The translations under genes were made by a program, and so were the position numbers. The notes beneath the pieces were generated by a model, which was not told where the DNA came from, did not search any database, and worked only from the letters and a program-made list of their open reading frames with translations. Shown here piece after piece: positions 50,562-60,433 of a DNA stretch of 64,000 nucleotides. Position 1 is the stretch's first letter. Every line of letters starts with the position of its first letter. Origin of the DNA: an uncultured Nitrospirota bacterium (GTDB lineage Bacteria; Nitrospirota; Nitrospiria; Nitrospirales; UBA8639); contig CAKZPV010000010.1 of assembly GCA_937139405.1 (NCBI GenBank), positions 7,864-71,863 of the forward strand, read 5' to 3'.

Positions 50562-51644
50562 ATGGACATTCCTGATGATATTCAAGGGTGCCGAGAAGGC
50601 ATTGATCGACTTGATGATGAAATTCTCAAGCTGTTAAATGAACGATCTCAATATGTCATACAAGTCGGGCATCTGAAAAAGAAACAGGATGCGTCGGCGC
50701 ATCTTCATACACAAGGCCGGGAAGTGGCCCTTGTGGAGCGGCTCATGGCGAATAATCCAGGTCCATTCCCTAGCTCAGCGCTTCGTCCCGTGTATCGGGA
50801 AATCATGTCGGCTTCCCTCTCGTTGGAAGGCATGCAGACGATTGCCTATTTAGGGCCGCCTGCTACGTTTACTCATTTGGCAGCGATGCGGAAATTTGGA
50901 GAATCTGCTGACTACATTCCTGTGAATAGCATTAAGGATGTGTTTGATGATGTTGAACGTGGACGCATGCGATTTGGTGTCGTGCCAATTGAAAATTCCA
51001 CGGAAGGGGTCGTCAATCATACATTAGATTTGTTTGTGGATTCACCATTGTTAATTTATGGTGAAGTCATGTTGGAAATTTCCCATCATTTCTTATCAAA
51101 AGCCCAGAAGGTTGAAGATATTAAAACGGTCTATTCGCATCCGCATGCGATTGCGCAATGTCGAAATTGGTTGGAAACGCATTTACCTTCCGTGGCTATC
51201 GCCGAAGAGCCTAGTACGGCGCGCGCCGCAGAACGGTGCGTGAATGACCCCACGGCTGGAGCCATTGCCTCAGAGCTCGCCGCCCAATTATATGGCTTAA
51301 CTATATTGCGGTCTCGTATTGAAGATAACATCAATAATTTCACAAGATTTTTAGTTCTGTCTCTTCGGGGCGCCGAACAGACGGGTCGAGATAAGACCTC
51401 GTTTTTGGTTTCAGCCAAAGATCGTGTGGGAGCGTTGTATGATCTCATTCGTCCCTTTTCATCTTATGGCATCAACATGACAAAAATTGAATCGAGACCC
51501 ACTCGCCGAAAAGTCTGGGAATATTTATTTTTCATGGATCTGGAAGGGCATCAAGACGATGATCGTGTAAAGAAAGCCTTGGATGAGGTGAAGTCCCGGT
51601 GCTTGTTTCTGAAAGTCTTGGGCTCTTATCCCATCCACCAATAA
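50562..51644 (+). CDS. pheA: Chorismate mutase/prephenate dehydratase
   Basis: N-terminal AroQ domain (IDRLD..ILKLLNER), LGPPATF, PIENSTEG, NFTRF, NMTKIESRP. Confidence 0.96.
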   Translation: MDIPDDIQGCREGIDRLDDEILKLLNERSQYVIQVGHLKKKQDASAHLHTQGREVALVERLMANNPGPFPSSALRPVYREIMSASLSLEGMQTIAYLGPPATFTHLAAMRKFGESADYIPVNSIKDVFDDVERGRMRFGVVPIENSTEGVVNHTLDLFVDSPLLIYGEVMLEISHHFLSKAQKVEDIKTVYSHPHAIAQCRNWLETHLPSVAIAEEPSTARAAERCVNDPTAGAIASELAAQLYGLTILRSRIEDNINNFTRFLVLSLRGAEQTGRDKTSFLVSAKDRVGALYDLIRPFSSYGINMTKIESRPTRRKVWEYLFFMDLEGHQDDDRVKKALDEVKSRCLFLKVLGSYPIHQ

Positions 51645-51685
51645 TCTCCGTTCACCGAACATTCTTCATATCGGATTACTTGAAT

Positions 51686-52780
51686 ATGGCCTTGCACGTT
51701 CATCCCACCATTGCTTCCTTGAAGCCCTATTCTCCCGGAAAGCCTCTTTCTGAACTTGAACGGGAGCTCGGGATTCGGGAAGCCGTGAAGCTGGCATCTA
51801 ATGAAAACCCTTGGGGCCCCTCTCCGAAGGCACTTCAAGTGCTTGAAAAGGCATCAGCGTCGCTTCATCGATATCCTGATGGCGGAGCACATGAGTTGCG
51901 GCAGGCTTTAGCGAATAAATGGGATATGCCCAATGATCAAATACTTGTGGGCAATGGGTCGGATGAAATTATTAGTCTGCTCGTTAAAACCTTTCTAGCC
52001 CCAGGTGATGAAGCAGTAATGGCCGACCTGACCTTTGTGATGTATCGCTTGTCGGTGCAGGGTGGCCATGGAGTCTCTGTTGAAGTGCCCTTGAAGAATT
52101 GGACGCATGACTTATCTGCCATGGTCGAGGCCGTGACTGCTCGCACAAAACTATTTTTCATTTGTAACCCGAACAATCCAACAGGCACGATGCTATCTAC
52201 GAATGAAATTGATTCCGCTCTAGCTAAGATTCCCGGGCATGTCGTGGTTGTGCTGGATGAGGCTTATTATGAATATGTTCGAGATGCTGGGTATCAGGAT
52301 AGTCTGCGCTATGTTCGAGATGGAGGATCGGTTGTGGTCTTGCGGACTTTTTCGAAGATCTATGGTCTGGCAGGTTTGCGTGTGGGGTATGGAATTACGA
52401 CACCTGAAATAGCAGGCTATGTGAATCGCGTGCGTCCTCCCTTTAATGTGAATAGCCTGGCCCAGGAAGCAGCCAAGGCTGCACTGTTGGATGACGAACA
52501 TGTAACAAAAAGTCGTGCGATGAATGAAGCGGAAATGACCTTTCTAGAAGAGGGTTTGAGTAAGATGGGTTTCAAGACCGTTCCGACCCAGGCTAATTTT
52601 ATCTATTTTGATGTCGGTATCGATGGAGCTGCCATGTATAACGCACTTCTTAGGGAAGGGGTGATCGTGCGTCATATCCGTGGGTCGATGATTCGTGTGA
52701 CGATTGGGCAACCTACTGAAAATCGACGGCTCTTGGAAGCACTTGAGCATGTGATGCCAAGCCTATCCAAATCCGCATGA
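51686..52780 (+). CDS. hisC: Histidinol-phosphate aminotransferase
   Basis: ATG at 51686; KLASNENP, GNGSDE, CNPNNPTG, LDEAY, RTFSKIYGLAGLRVGY. Confidence 0.96.
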   Translation: MALHVHPTIASLKPYSPGKPLSELERELGIREAVKLASNENPWGPSPKALQVLEKASASLHRYPDGGAHELRQALANKWDMPNDQILVGNGSDEIISLLVKTFLAPGDEAVMADLTFVMYRLSVQGGHGVSVEVPLKNWTHDLSAMVEAVTARTKLFFICNPNNPTGTMLSTNEIDSALAKIPGHVVVVLDEAYYEYVRDAGYQDSLRYVRDGGSVVVLRTFSKIYGLAGLRVGYGITTPEIAGYVNRVRPPFNVNSLAQEAAKAALLDDEHVTKSRAMNEAEMTFLEEGLSKMGFKTVPTQANFIYFDVGIDGAAMYNALLREGVIVRHIRGSMIRVTIGQPTENRRLLEALEHVMPSLSKSA

Positions 52781-52792
52781 GTTGAAAAATCC

Positions 52793-53806
52793 ATGATTAT
52801 CGTTTTAAAGCCTGATGCAACTGAACAAGATATTGAACATTTAGTTGAACGTCTTCGTTCCCTCGGCTTGAAATCACAGATCACAAAAGGTGAAGAACGA
52901 ACGATTATTGGCGTGATTGGAGATGAGCGCGTCCTGCAAGGTCAGCCCTTGACCGTGTTCCCTGGTGTCGAAAGCGTTACGCCCATTTTGGCTCCGTGGA
53001 AGTTGGTCAGTCGAGAGTTTCAACCGCATGATTCTGTGATTGATGTGGCTGGCGTTCAAATCGGGGGTTCGAAAATTGTAGTCATGGCTGGTCCCTGTGC
53101 GGTGGAGAAATTAGAGATTACTGTGGGAATTGCCAAGGAGGTCGCTCATGCCGGTGCTACCATTCTGAGAGGAGGCGCTTACAAGCCGCGCTCATCGCCC
53201 TATTCGTTTCAGGGGTTGGGACAGGAAGGGCTAAGTTTTCTTGCTGAGGCGCGTAAGCAAACTCAGCTGCCAGTTGTGAGTGAAATTCTTGATGCGCGCG
53301 ATCTTGGATATTTTTTGGAGCATGCAGATATCATTCAGATTGGTGCTCGCAATATGCAGAACTTTGAATTACTGAAAGAAGTTGGGGCGTATGACAAGCC
53401 GGTTTTATTAAAGCGCGGGTTGTCTGCCACGATTAAAGAATTTCTGTTATCGGCGGAATATATTATGTCTCGTGGTAATCGCAATGTGATGTTGTGTGAA
53501 CGTGGAATTCGAACGTTTGAACCGCAGTATCGCAACACGTTGGATCTTGCGGCGGTCCCGACGTTGAAAGAGATGTCACATTTGCCCGTCATTGTAGATC
53601 CGAGTCATGCGACGGGTAATTGGAAGCTTGTTGCCCCGATGGCCAAGGCTGCGATTGCTGCGGGTGCTGACGGTTTGTTGATTGAGGTGCATTCTAATCC
53701 TGAATGCGCATTGTGCGATGGAGAAGAATCGCTGAAGCCCAGTCGGTTTCAAGCTCTAATGGGTGATCTCAAAAAGGTTGCTCAGGCCGTTGGGCGAGAA
53801 TTCTAA
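52793..53806 (+). CDS. aroF: DAHP synthase type I-beta with N-terminal ferredoxin-like regulatory domain
   Basis: AGPCAVE, RGGAYKPRSS, QIGARNMQN, LKRG, CERGIR, DPSH. Confidence 0.95.
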   Translation: MIIVLKPDATEQDIEHLVERLRSLGLKSQITKGEERTIIGVIGDERVLQGQPLTVFPGVESVTPILAPWKLVSREFQPHDSVIDVAGVQIGGSKIVVMAGPCAVEKLEITVGIAKEVAHAGATILRGGAYKPRSSPYSFQGLGQEGLSFLAEARKQTQLPVVSEILDARDLGYFLEHADIIQIGARNMQNFELLKEVGAYDKPVLLKRGLSATIKEFLLSAEYIMSRGNRNVMLCERGIRTFEPQYRNTLDLAAVPTLKEMSHLPVIVDPSHATGNWKLVAPMAKAAIAAGADGLLIEVHSNPECALCDGEESLKPSRFQALMGDLKKVAQAVGREF

Positions 53807-53848
53807 TGAATCCCCCCACCTAGTTCTAACGTTCTTGTCTTTATTCTC

Positions 53849-54736
53849 ATGGCTCGTTCCTCTTCAGAATATTTGTTTCAGCAAGTCACGATTATTGGCG
53901 TGGGTCTTCTGGGAGGTTCACTCGGGCTCGTGTTAAAAGAGCAAGGGTTAGCTAAGACGGTTGTGGGAATTGGTCGCCGACAACCAAATCTCGAATTGGC
54001 TGTCCAGCTTGGGGCCATTGATCGTTTTTATTCGGAACCGCAGGAGGCGATACGAGACTCCGATTTCATTGTTTTAGCTACGCCTGTTGATACCTATGTT
54101 TCTCATGTCCAGCAGTGGGGACAACATGTACCTTCAGGCACTATTGTCAGTGATGTGGGTAGTGTAAAAGGCCGCTTAGTGTTTGATTTGGAGGCAATTC
54201 TTCCTACAACCGCAAGTTTTGTTGGCGCTCACCCAATCGCTGGTAAAGAAAAATCTGGTGTTGCTCATGCCACGTCTAGGTTGTTTGACGGAGCACGTTG
54301 CATTGTGACTCCAACTTCTCGTACCAACCTTGAGGCCATATCGAAAGTTCGGGGTTTGTGGGAAAAGGCAGGGTCTGAGGTCTTATCGATGGATCCCATG
54401 GTCCATGATTGGGTTTTGGGGGCGGTCAGTCATCTTCCCCATATCGCGGCGTTTTCTCTTATGCATGCCTTGAAAGACGTGCAAGATACAAGCTCTGAAA
54501 CGTTACACTTATTAGATTTTTCTGGTGGCGGCTTGCGAGATACGACTCGCATTGCCGCGAGTTCCCCAGAGATGTGGCGTGATATTTGTTTGGCGAATCG
54601 CGAAAATTTATTAAAGATGGTTGATCAATATATCGGGCAGCTTCAAGCTTTTAAGCAGCTCTTGAAGAATCAAGATAGGGCTGGTTTGGTAAAAAACATT
54701 GAACAGGCCAAAGTGTTACGAGAAGGTTTGACATGA
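53849..54736 (+). CDS. tyrA: Prephenate dehydrogenase
   Basis: IIGVGLLGGS, DVGSVK, HPIAGKE, SHLPH, RDTTRIAAS. Confidence 0.95.
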   Translation: MARSSSEYLFQQVTIIGVGLLGGSLGLVLKEQGLAKTVVGIGRRQPNLELAVQLGAIDRFYSEPQEAIRDSDFIVLATPVDTYVSHVQQWGQHVPSGTIVSDVGSVKGRLVFDLEAILPTTASFVGAHPIAGKEKSGVAHATSRLFDGARCIVTPTSRTNLEAISKVRGLWEKAGSEVLSMDPMVHDWVLGAVSHLPHIAAFSLMHALKDVQDTSSETLHLLDFSGGGLRDTTRIAASSPEMWRDICLANRENLLKMVDQYIGQLQAFKQLLKNQDRAGLVKNIEQAKVLREGLT

Positions 54737-56031
54737 GCCAATTGTCTATTGCGCCGGCTACTCGGCCACTTCGTGGAACAGTTGTGGTTCCGGGCGATAA
54801 ATCTATCACTCACCGAGCGTTAATCCTAGGAGCACTCGCTCATGGCCAGACTCGAATCACAGGATATTCGCGAGGCGAGGATTGCTTGAATACCCTTGCA
54901 GTAATTCGGGGATTGGGAATCAATGTTCAGGAAATTCCAACAGGGTTGGATGTCACAGGGAAGGGTCTATGGGGGTTAACAGAATCTTCTAATGTCCTGG
55001 ATTGTGGGAATTCCGGAACAGGGCTTCGTCTTTTAGCCGGTATGTTAGCTGGACAAAAATTCTTTTCGGTCCTGACCGGGGATGCGTCGTTAAGAAGTCG
55101 ACCTATGGGGCGTGTTGTGAAGCCTTTGCGACAGATGGGCGCAACGATTTCAGGAAGACAGGGCGGGGATTTGGCGCCTATAGCTATCCAGGGCCAAGAG
55201 TTACAGTCAATTACATATGAGTCGCCAGTCGCCAGTGCGCAAATTAAATCATGTATCTTACTTGCCGGAATTTTTGCAAAAGGCACGACCACGGTCAAAG
55301 AGCCAATGAAATCTCGTGACCATTCAGAACGCTTGTTCACTTATTTGGAAATTCCTCTTCAGGTTGATGATTGTACGGTGCAGATAACAGGGCTACAGTC
55401 TTTCGTAGGAAAACCTATCGCTGTGCCTGGCGACATTTCAGCCGCCGCCTTTTTTCTCGTTGCTGGGTCTGTTGTTCCAGGCTCAGAGTTGTTACTCACT
55501 GGAATTGGCTTAAATCCTGAGCGGACCGGAATTCTTGATGTGTTATTAGGCATGGGAGCTGATATTGCTATTCTTAACACACGTGACGAATCAGGAGAGC
55601 CAGTGGGTGATTTGCGTGTTCGAGCCACTACACTGAGTGGGACCACGATCGGGCCTGAACTGATTCCTAAAACCATTGATGAATTACCAATTCTGTGTGT
55701 TGCAGCAGCCTTAGCAGAGGGGGAAACACGTATTACAGGTGCGCAAGAATTGCGGGTCAAAGAAACAGATCGTATTCATGCCATGGCGGTGGAATTGGCC
55801 AGGATTGGAGTAGTAGTGGAAGAGCAGCTAGATGGTCTGATTATCCAGGGTGACTCAACTCTGCGAGGTGCGGTGTGCAAAAGTTATGGCGACCACCGAG
55901 TAGTTATGTCCTTGGCCATTGCCGGCTTAGTTGGGAAGGAACCCATTGTGATTGAAGATGTGGATTGCGTTGAGACTTCATTCCCTGGGTTTCATAGTAA
56001 ACTATTGGATTTATTGACAAATTCAAAGTGA
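54733..56031 (+). CDS. aroA: EPSP synthase
   Basis: PGDKSITHR, DCGNSGT, RPMGRV, ASAQIKS, RVKETDR, DHRVVM. Confidence 0.97.
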   Translation: MSQLSIAPATRPLRGTVVVPGDKSITHRALILGALAHGQTRITGYSRGEDCLNTLAVIRGLGINVQEIPTGLDVTGKGLWGLTESSNVLDCGNSGTGLRLLAGMLAGQKFFSVLTGDASLRSRPMGRVVKPLRQMGATISGRQGGDLAPIAIQGQELQSITYESPVASAQIKSCILLAGIFAKGTTTVKEPMKSRDHSERLFTYLEIPLQVDDCTVQITGLQSFVGKPIAVPGDISAAAFFLVAGSVVPGSELLLTGIGLNPERTGILDVLLGMGADIAILNTRDESGEPVGDLRVRATTLSGTTIGPELIPKTIDELPILCVAAALAEGETRITGAQELRVKETDRIHAMAVELARIGVVVEEQLDGLIIQGDSTLRGAVCKSYGDHRVVMSLAIAGLVGKEPIVIEDVDCVETSFPGFHSKLLDLLTNSK

Positions 56032-56077
56032 CGTTTATAATAGGAATGCAATTTTTTATTATGAGGAGAAGAGCACC

Positions 56078-56755
56078 GTTCAACCCCGTCGATTAGTTAT
56101 TGCCATTGACGGTCCAGCCGGGGTTGGAAAAAGTACGGTTTCCAAATACCTGGCAGATCGTCTTCGCTATGGGTATCTTGATACCGGGGCTCTCTATCGG
56201 GCTCTTGCGTGGAAAATCCAGCAAGAGCAAATTGAATTCAACAATCTTGCTCACATTGATGCACTCCTGTCTCGGACGAATCTCCAGTTGATAGCTGACC
56301 ACAATAGCTTTTCTATTAAGATTGATGGTCAGTCTGTTCTTCAACAAGACCTTCGTACTCCCGCCATTAGTCAATTGGCTTCTTCTATAGCGACCTTGCC
56401 GATTGTGCGAGACTGGTTACTTCCTGTTCAGCAAGAGGTCGGGAAAGCTGGAGGGGTGGTGGCTGAAGGACGGGATATGGGCACCCGAGTCTTTCCAGAA
56501 GCTGACATCAAGTTTTTTTTAGAGGCTGATGTGAACGTACGGGCTTCTCGTCGCCAGCAGGAATTGGCTGAAAAGGGGAAGCCCGTTGAGCTAGATGTAG
56601 TACGTGACGAGATGGTTACGAGAGATGCCCGTGATCGGAATAGATGCATCGATCCCTTGCAGCCGTCCCCCCAAGCGATCTTGGTTGAGACCTCGCATCA
56701 GTCAGTTGAGGAGGTGGTTGGTCACATGATGGGTATGATTATGGAACGTTTGTGA
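56078..56755 (+). CDS. cmk: Cytidylate kinase (start unresolved; no canonical in-frame start before the P-loop)
   Basis: The frame is open from 56018 and reads ..RRLVIAIDGPAGVGKSTV..YLDTGALYRA, continuous with the tracked ORF (VVAEGRDMGT.VFP, RDARDR). Confidence 0.9.
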   Translation, partial: VQPRRLVIAIDGPAGVGKSTVSKYLADRLRYGYLDTGALYRALAWKIQQEQIEFNNLAHIDALLSRTNLQLIADHNSFSIKIDGQSVLQQDLRTPAISQLASSIATLPIVRDWLLPVQQEVGKAGGVVAEGRDMGTRVFPEADIKFFLEADVNVRASRRQQELAEKGKPVELDVVRDEMVTRDARDRNRCIDPLQPSPQAILVETSHQSVEEVVGHMMGMIMERL

Positions 56756-57390
56756 GTGGAGCAATTTATTGGGGACTTTGGGTTCTCTTTCGACTCCTGG
56801 GTAGCCTGTTTTTTCATTTCCGAACCGATGGTGAGCAATTGTTTCCCCGAACCGGGGGGGTGATTGTTGCGGCTAATCATGCCAGTTATTTGGATATTCC
56901 ATTATTAGGCTGTGCCATCCGCCGCCGTGTCGTGTTTTTAGGGAGGGCGAGCTTATTCCCCAATCGATTATTGAGTTGGGCCTTGCAAAGCTTGGGCTGG
57001 ATCCCCTTAAAAACGCATCGGTTGGATCGCAGAGCTTTTGGTGTGGCCCTGGAGCATTTGAAATCTGGCACACCCGTAGTTATTTTTCCTGAGGGAACGA
57101 GAACTGAAGATGGACAATTGCAACCGGGAAGGCCGGGGATAGGTTATTTGGTAGAAGAATCGCAATGCCAGGTGATTCCTGTGTATATTTCTGGTACCTT
57201 TAAGGTTCTTCCTATGAGTGCCAAGCGGCCCAGGCTGTTTCCGGTGTCAGTTTCTTTTGGCAAATCAATAGATTTTCCAAAAAATGACATGATCAGTAAG
57301 AAACAGGAGTATGAACAGATTGGTCGATCAGTCATGGAGCATGTTGCCCAAGTCGGAGGCACATCTTCTCCTTATCATGACATGTCATAA
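56752..57390 (+). CDS. plsC: 1-acyl-sn-glycerol-3-phosphate acyltransferase
   Basis: NHASYLD, FPEGTRT. Confidence 0.93.
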   Translation: MSGAIYWGLWVLFRLLGSLFFHFRTDGEQLFPRTGGVIVAANHASYLDIPLLGCAIRRRVVFLGRASLFPNRLLSWALQSLGWIPLKTHRLDRRAFGVALEHLKSGTPVVIFPEGTRTEDGQLQPGRPGIGYLVEESQCQVIPVYISGTFKVLPMSAKRPRLFPVSVSFGKSIDFPKNDMISKKQEYEQIGRSVMEHVAQVGGTSSPYHDMS

Positions 57391-57475
57391 GTAATGAGGG
57401 GCCAGATTAATGATATTAGTGTTCTGTTTAATCACCATTTAACCCGTGTCTGTATTGTTGGAGGTATGAAGTCGA

Positions 57476-59197
57476 ATGAATACGCTTTCCGCACAACCTG
57501 AAAAAATGGATCGAGAAACGCTAGCTGCGTTGTACGACGAAACGTTTAAAAATATTGAAGAAGGAACGATTACCGAAGGTCGGGTGATTGATATCCAACG
57601 AGATCGGGTTGTGGTGGATATCGGATATAAATCTGAGGGTATGATTCCCGTTGATCAATTCTCTCAAGAAGAATTAGACACGTTGACAGTGAATGATCCT
57701 GTGCAAGTCTATATTGAGCAATGTGAGGATTCTGAAGGGAATCTGATGCTTTCTAAGGAGAAAGCCGACAAAATGAAAGTGTGGGAGGACCTAGAAGTCG
57801 CCCATAAAGATGAGGAACAGGTACAAGGTAAAGTTATTTCACGGATTAAAGGCGGCATGATTGTGGACATTGGCGTTAAAGCGTTTTTGCCTGGCTCACA
57901 AATCGATCTGACACCAGTTCGAGACCTAGATGGTCTTGTCGGAAAGACCTTCAATTTCAAGATCATTAAAATTAATCACCGTCGTGGAAATGTGGTTGTC
58001 TCACGTCGAGCACTTTTGGAAGAAACTCGTGATAAACGGCGGCAAACGACATTGTCGACATTATCAGAAGGTCAGCTCATCGAAGGAACCGTGAAAAATA
58101 TTACGGACTATGGTGCGTTTTTAGATTTAGGTGGTATTGATGGCCTCTTGCACATTACGGACATCTCATGGGGGCGAGTTGGGCATCCTTCTGATATGTT
58201 CTCCATAGGTGATCGGGTCGAAGTCTTGGTCCTGAAATATGATCGTGAAACTGGTCGTATTTCGTTAGGTGTTAAGCAAAAGTCTGCTGATCCTTGGACG
58301 AAGGTTGAAGAAAAATATCCAGAACGAAGCCGCGTGAATGGCAAAGTTGTCAGCTTGACAGATTATGGGGCCTTTGTGGAACTCGAACCGGGAGTCGAAG
58401 GTTTGGTGCATGTTTCAGAAATGTCCTGGACCCATGAAGTGCGGCATCCATCGAAAGTGGTTTCTGTTGGTGATGAAATCGAAGCGCAAGTGCTACACGT
58501 TGATCAGCATAGCCGGAAAATTTCTCTAGGGATGAAGCAAACTGCTCCCAATCCGTGGGACATTATTGAAGACAAATATCCTGAGGGTACTCAGATTGAA
58601 GGCAAGATCAAAAGTGTGACTGACTTTGGAGCTTTTGTAGGGTTGGATGAAGGCGTAGATGGGTTGATCCATATTTCAGACATGTCTTGGATCAAACATA
58701 TTAAGCATCCTTCCGAATTGTTTAAGAAGGGGCAGTCCGTGAACGCGGTGATTCTCAAGATCGATAAAGATAAAGAGCGTTTGTCACTGGGTTATAAGCA
58801 ATTGATTTCTGATCCTTGGGTCAGTGAAATTCCTCAACGATATCATGTTGGGGAAAACGCGACTGGCCAAGTGTCGAAGGTTGCTGATTTTGGTGTATTT
58901 GTGGAGTTGGAAGGCGGAGTAGAAGGCTTAATTCATGTCAGTGAGATTGGGCCAGATATGCAAGAGGGCTTAGAAGATAAATTCACAGTCGGGCAGGAAG
59001 TGATGGCGAAGATTGTGAAGGTTGATTGTGAAGATCGAAAAATCGCACTTAGTCTGTGGGAGCATTTAAAGGATGTCGAACAAAACCAAGTTGAGGAATT
59101 TAATAGTAGCCAAGGAACGGTTGATCAAAGTTTAGGCCGTGTGGCTCAGACTTCAGAGGACCAGACCGAAGGGGGCAATTCTGAACCCAATGGTTAG
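57476..59197 (+). CDS. rpsA: 30S ribosomal protein S1
   Basis: Six S1 repeats (DIGYKSEG, AFLPGSQ, YGAFLDLGGIDGLLH, YGAFVELEPGVEGLVH, FGAFV.., FGVFV..). Confidence 0.98.
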   Translation: MNTLSAQPEKMDRETLAALYDETFKNIEEGTITEGRVIDIQRDRVVVDIGYKSEGMIPVDQFSQEELDTLTVNDPVQVYIEQCEDSEGNLMLSKEKADKMKVWEDLEVAHKDEEQVQGKVISRIKGGMIVDIGVKAFLPGSQIDLTPVRDLDGLVGKTFNFKIIKINHRRGNVVVSRRALLEETRDKRRQTTLSTLSEGQLIEGTVKNITDYGAFLDLGGIDGLLHITDISWGRVGHPSDMFSIGDRVEVLVLKYDRETGRISLGVKQKSADPWTKVEEKYPERSRVNGKVVSLTDYGAFVELEPGVEGLVHVSEMSWTHEVRHPSKVVSVGDEIEAQVLHVDQHSRKISLGMKQTAPNPWDIIEDKYPEGTQIEGKIKSVTDFGAFVGLDEGVDGLIHISDMSWIKHIKHPSELFKKGQSVNAVILKIDKDKERLSLGYKQLISDPWVSEIPQRYHVGENATGQVSKVADFGVFVELEGGVEGLIHVSEIGPDMQEGLEDKFTVGQEVMAKIVKVDCEDRKIALSLWEHLKDVEQNQVEEFNSSQGTVDQSLGRVAQTSEDQTEGGNSEPNG

Positions 59198-59235
59198 GGA
59201 GACGTATCACAGATTCCACCAAGACCTTAATTCTC

Positions 59236-60114
59236 ATGAGTGACGGATATCCTCGGTGGAAGCGTGTGTTCTGGATGCTGATGGCTGGTTTAGTCATGTT
59301 TATGATCGGAAAAGCCGTGTTGCCAGAACTCTTAGTCGCTGGAACAGATGGTGTCGGTATCGTTCGGGTTGAAGGCCCTATTATGGATTCTTCCCAAGCG
59401 GTGGAAGAACTAGAAGCTTTTGGGGATGATCCATTGGTGAAGGCCATTGTAGTAAGAATTGATAGTCCAGGTGGTGGCGTCGCGCCTTCCCAAGAAATCT
59501 ATAATGCGGTGAAGCGAGTCAGGAAAGAACAAAATAAAACGGTAGTAGCCTCGATGGGAACCGTTGCAGCATCTGGAGGCTATTACATTGCTGTGGCGAC
59601 TGACCGAATATTGGCGAACCCTGGGACGTTAACAGGAAGTATTGGTGTCATTATGCAAATGGCCAATTTTCAGGAATTGTTAGAGAAGATTGGTGTTAAA
59701 AGCGTGGTGGTAAAAACTGGGAAATTCAAAGACCTTGGGTCGCCATTTCGTCCGATGGTGGAAGAGGAGCGGGAATTATTGGAATCCGTCATGAATGATA
59801 CGTTAAGCCAGTTTATTGAAGCGGTTGCTGATGGTCGGTCGATGGATGCAGCCGAAGTCGAGCAGTTGGCAGATGGACGAGTTTTCACGGGCCGGCAGGC
59901 CAAATCAGTATTGTTGATTGATGAGATCGGGGATTTACACGATGCGATAAAGTTAGCTAGTGAATTGAGTGGTATTGAAGGCACTCCTCGAGTGTTGGAG
60001 ACAACAAAACCTTTTTCATTTCAAGAATTCCTTGAAAGTAGTTTTTTAGGGGGCGTACGTAGTCTGACGCCTTCTCGGTTTTCGGCTCCACTGCTCTATC
60101 TGTGGGTGGCATAG
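59236..60114 (+). CDS. sppA: Signal peptide peptidase SppA (36K type)
   Basis: RIDSPGGG, VAASGGYY, TGSIGV, GKFKD, DGRVFTG. Confidence 0.96.
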   Translation: MSDGYPRWKRVFWMLMAGLVMFMIGKAVLPELLVAGTDGVGIVRVEGPIMDSSQAVEELEAFGDDPLVKAIVVRIDSPGGGVAPSQEIYNAVKRVRKEQNKTVVASMGTVAASGGYYIAVATDRILANPGTLTGSIGVIMQMANFQELLEKIGVKSVVVKTGKFKDLGSPFRPMVEEERELLESVMNDTLSQFIEAVADGRSMDAAEVEQLADGRVFTGRQAKSVLLIDEIGDLHDAIKLASELSGIEGTPRVLETTKPFSFQEFLESSFLGGVRSLTPSRFSAPLLYLWVA

Positions 60115-60133
60115 TTAAGACAAGGAGGATTGG

Positions 60134-60430
60134 ATGACAAAAGCGGACCTCATCGAGAAGTTGGCGGAAAAGGCTCCCCAATTAAGTCGACGACAAGCCG
60201 AGATGGTCGTCAACACCATTTTTGATTCAATCCGGGATTCGTTGAAGCGCGGTGAAAAGACTGAAATTCGGGGATTTGGGAGTTTTCGTCTGCGTCATCG
60301 TCAAACTAAAGAGGGGCGTAATCCAAAAACAGGAGAATCAGTTTCTGTTCCAGAAAAACGTATGCCATTTTTTAAAGCGGGCAAAGAAATAAAAGAATTA
60401 CTCAATCCTGAGGAAAAAGTCGCATCGTGA
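60134..60430 (+). CDS. ihfB: Integration host factor beta / HU family protein
   Basis: MTKADLI, EIRGFGSF, GRNPKTG, PFFKAGK; follows rpsA-sppA. Confidence 0.9.
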   Translation: MTKADLIEKLAEKAPQLSRRQAEMVVNTIFDSIRDSLKRGEKTEIRGFGSFRLRHRQTKEGRNPKTGESVSVPEKRMPFFKAGKEIKELLNPEEKVAS

Positions 60431-60433
60431 CTT

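Noticed and set aside
56288-56755. cmk as a 155-aa protein starting at TTG 56288
   Set aside because: It would omit the P-loop, which is encoded in frame upstream.
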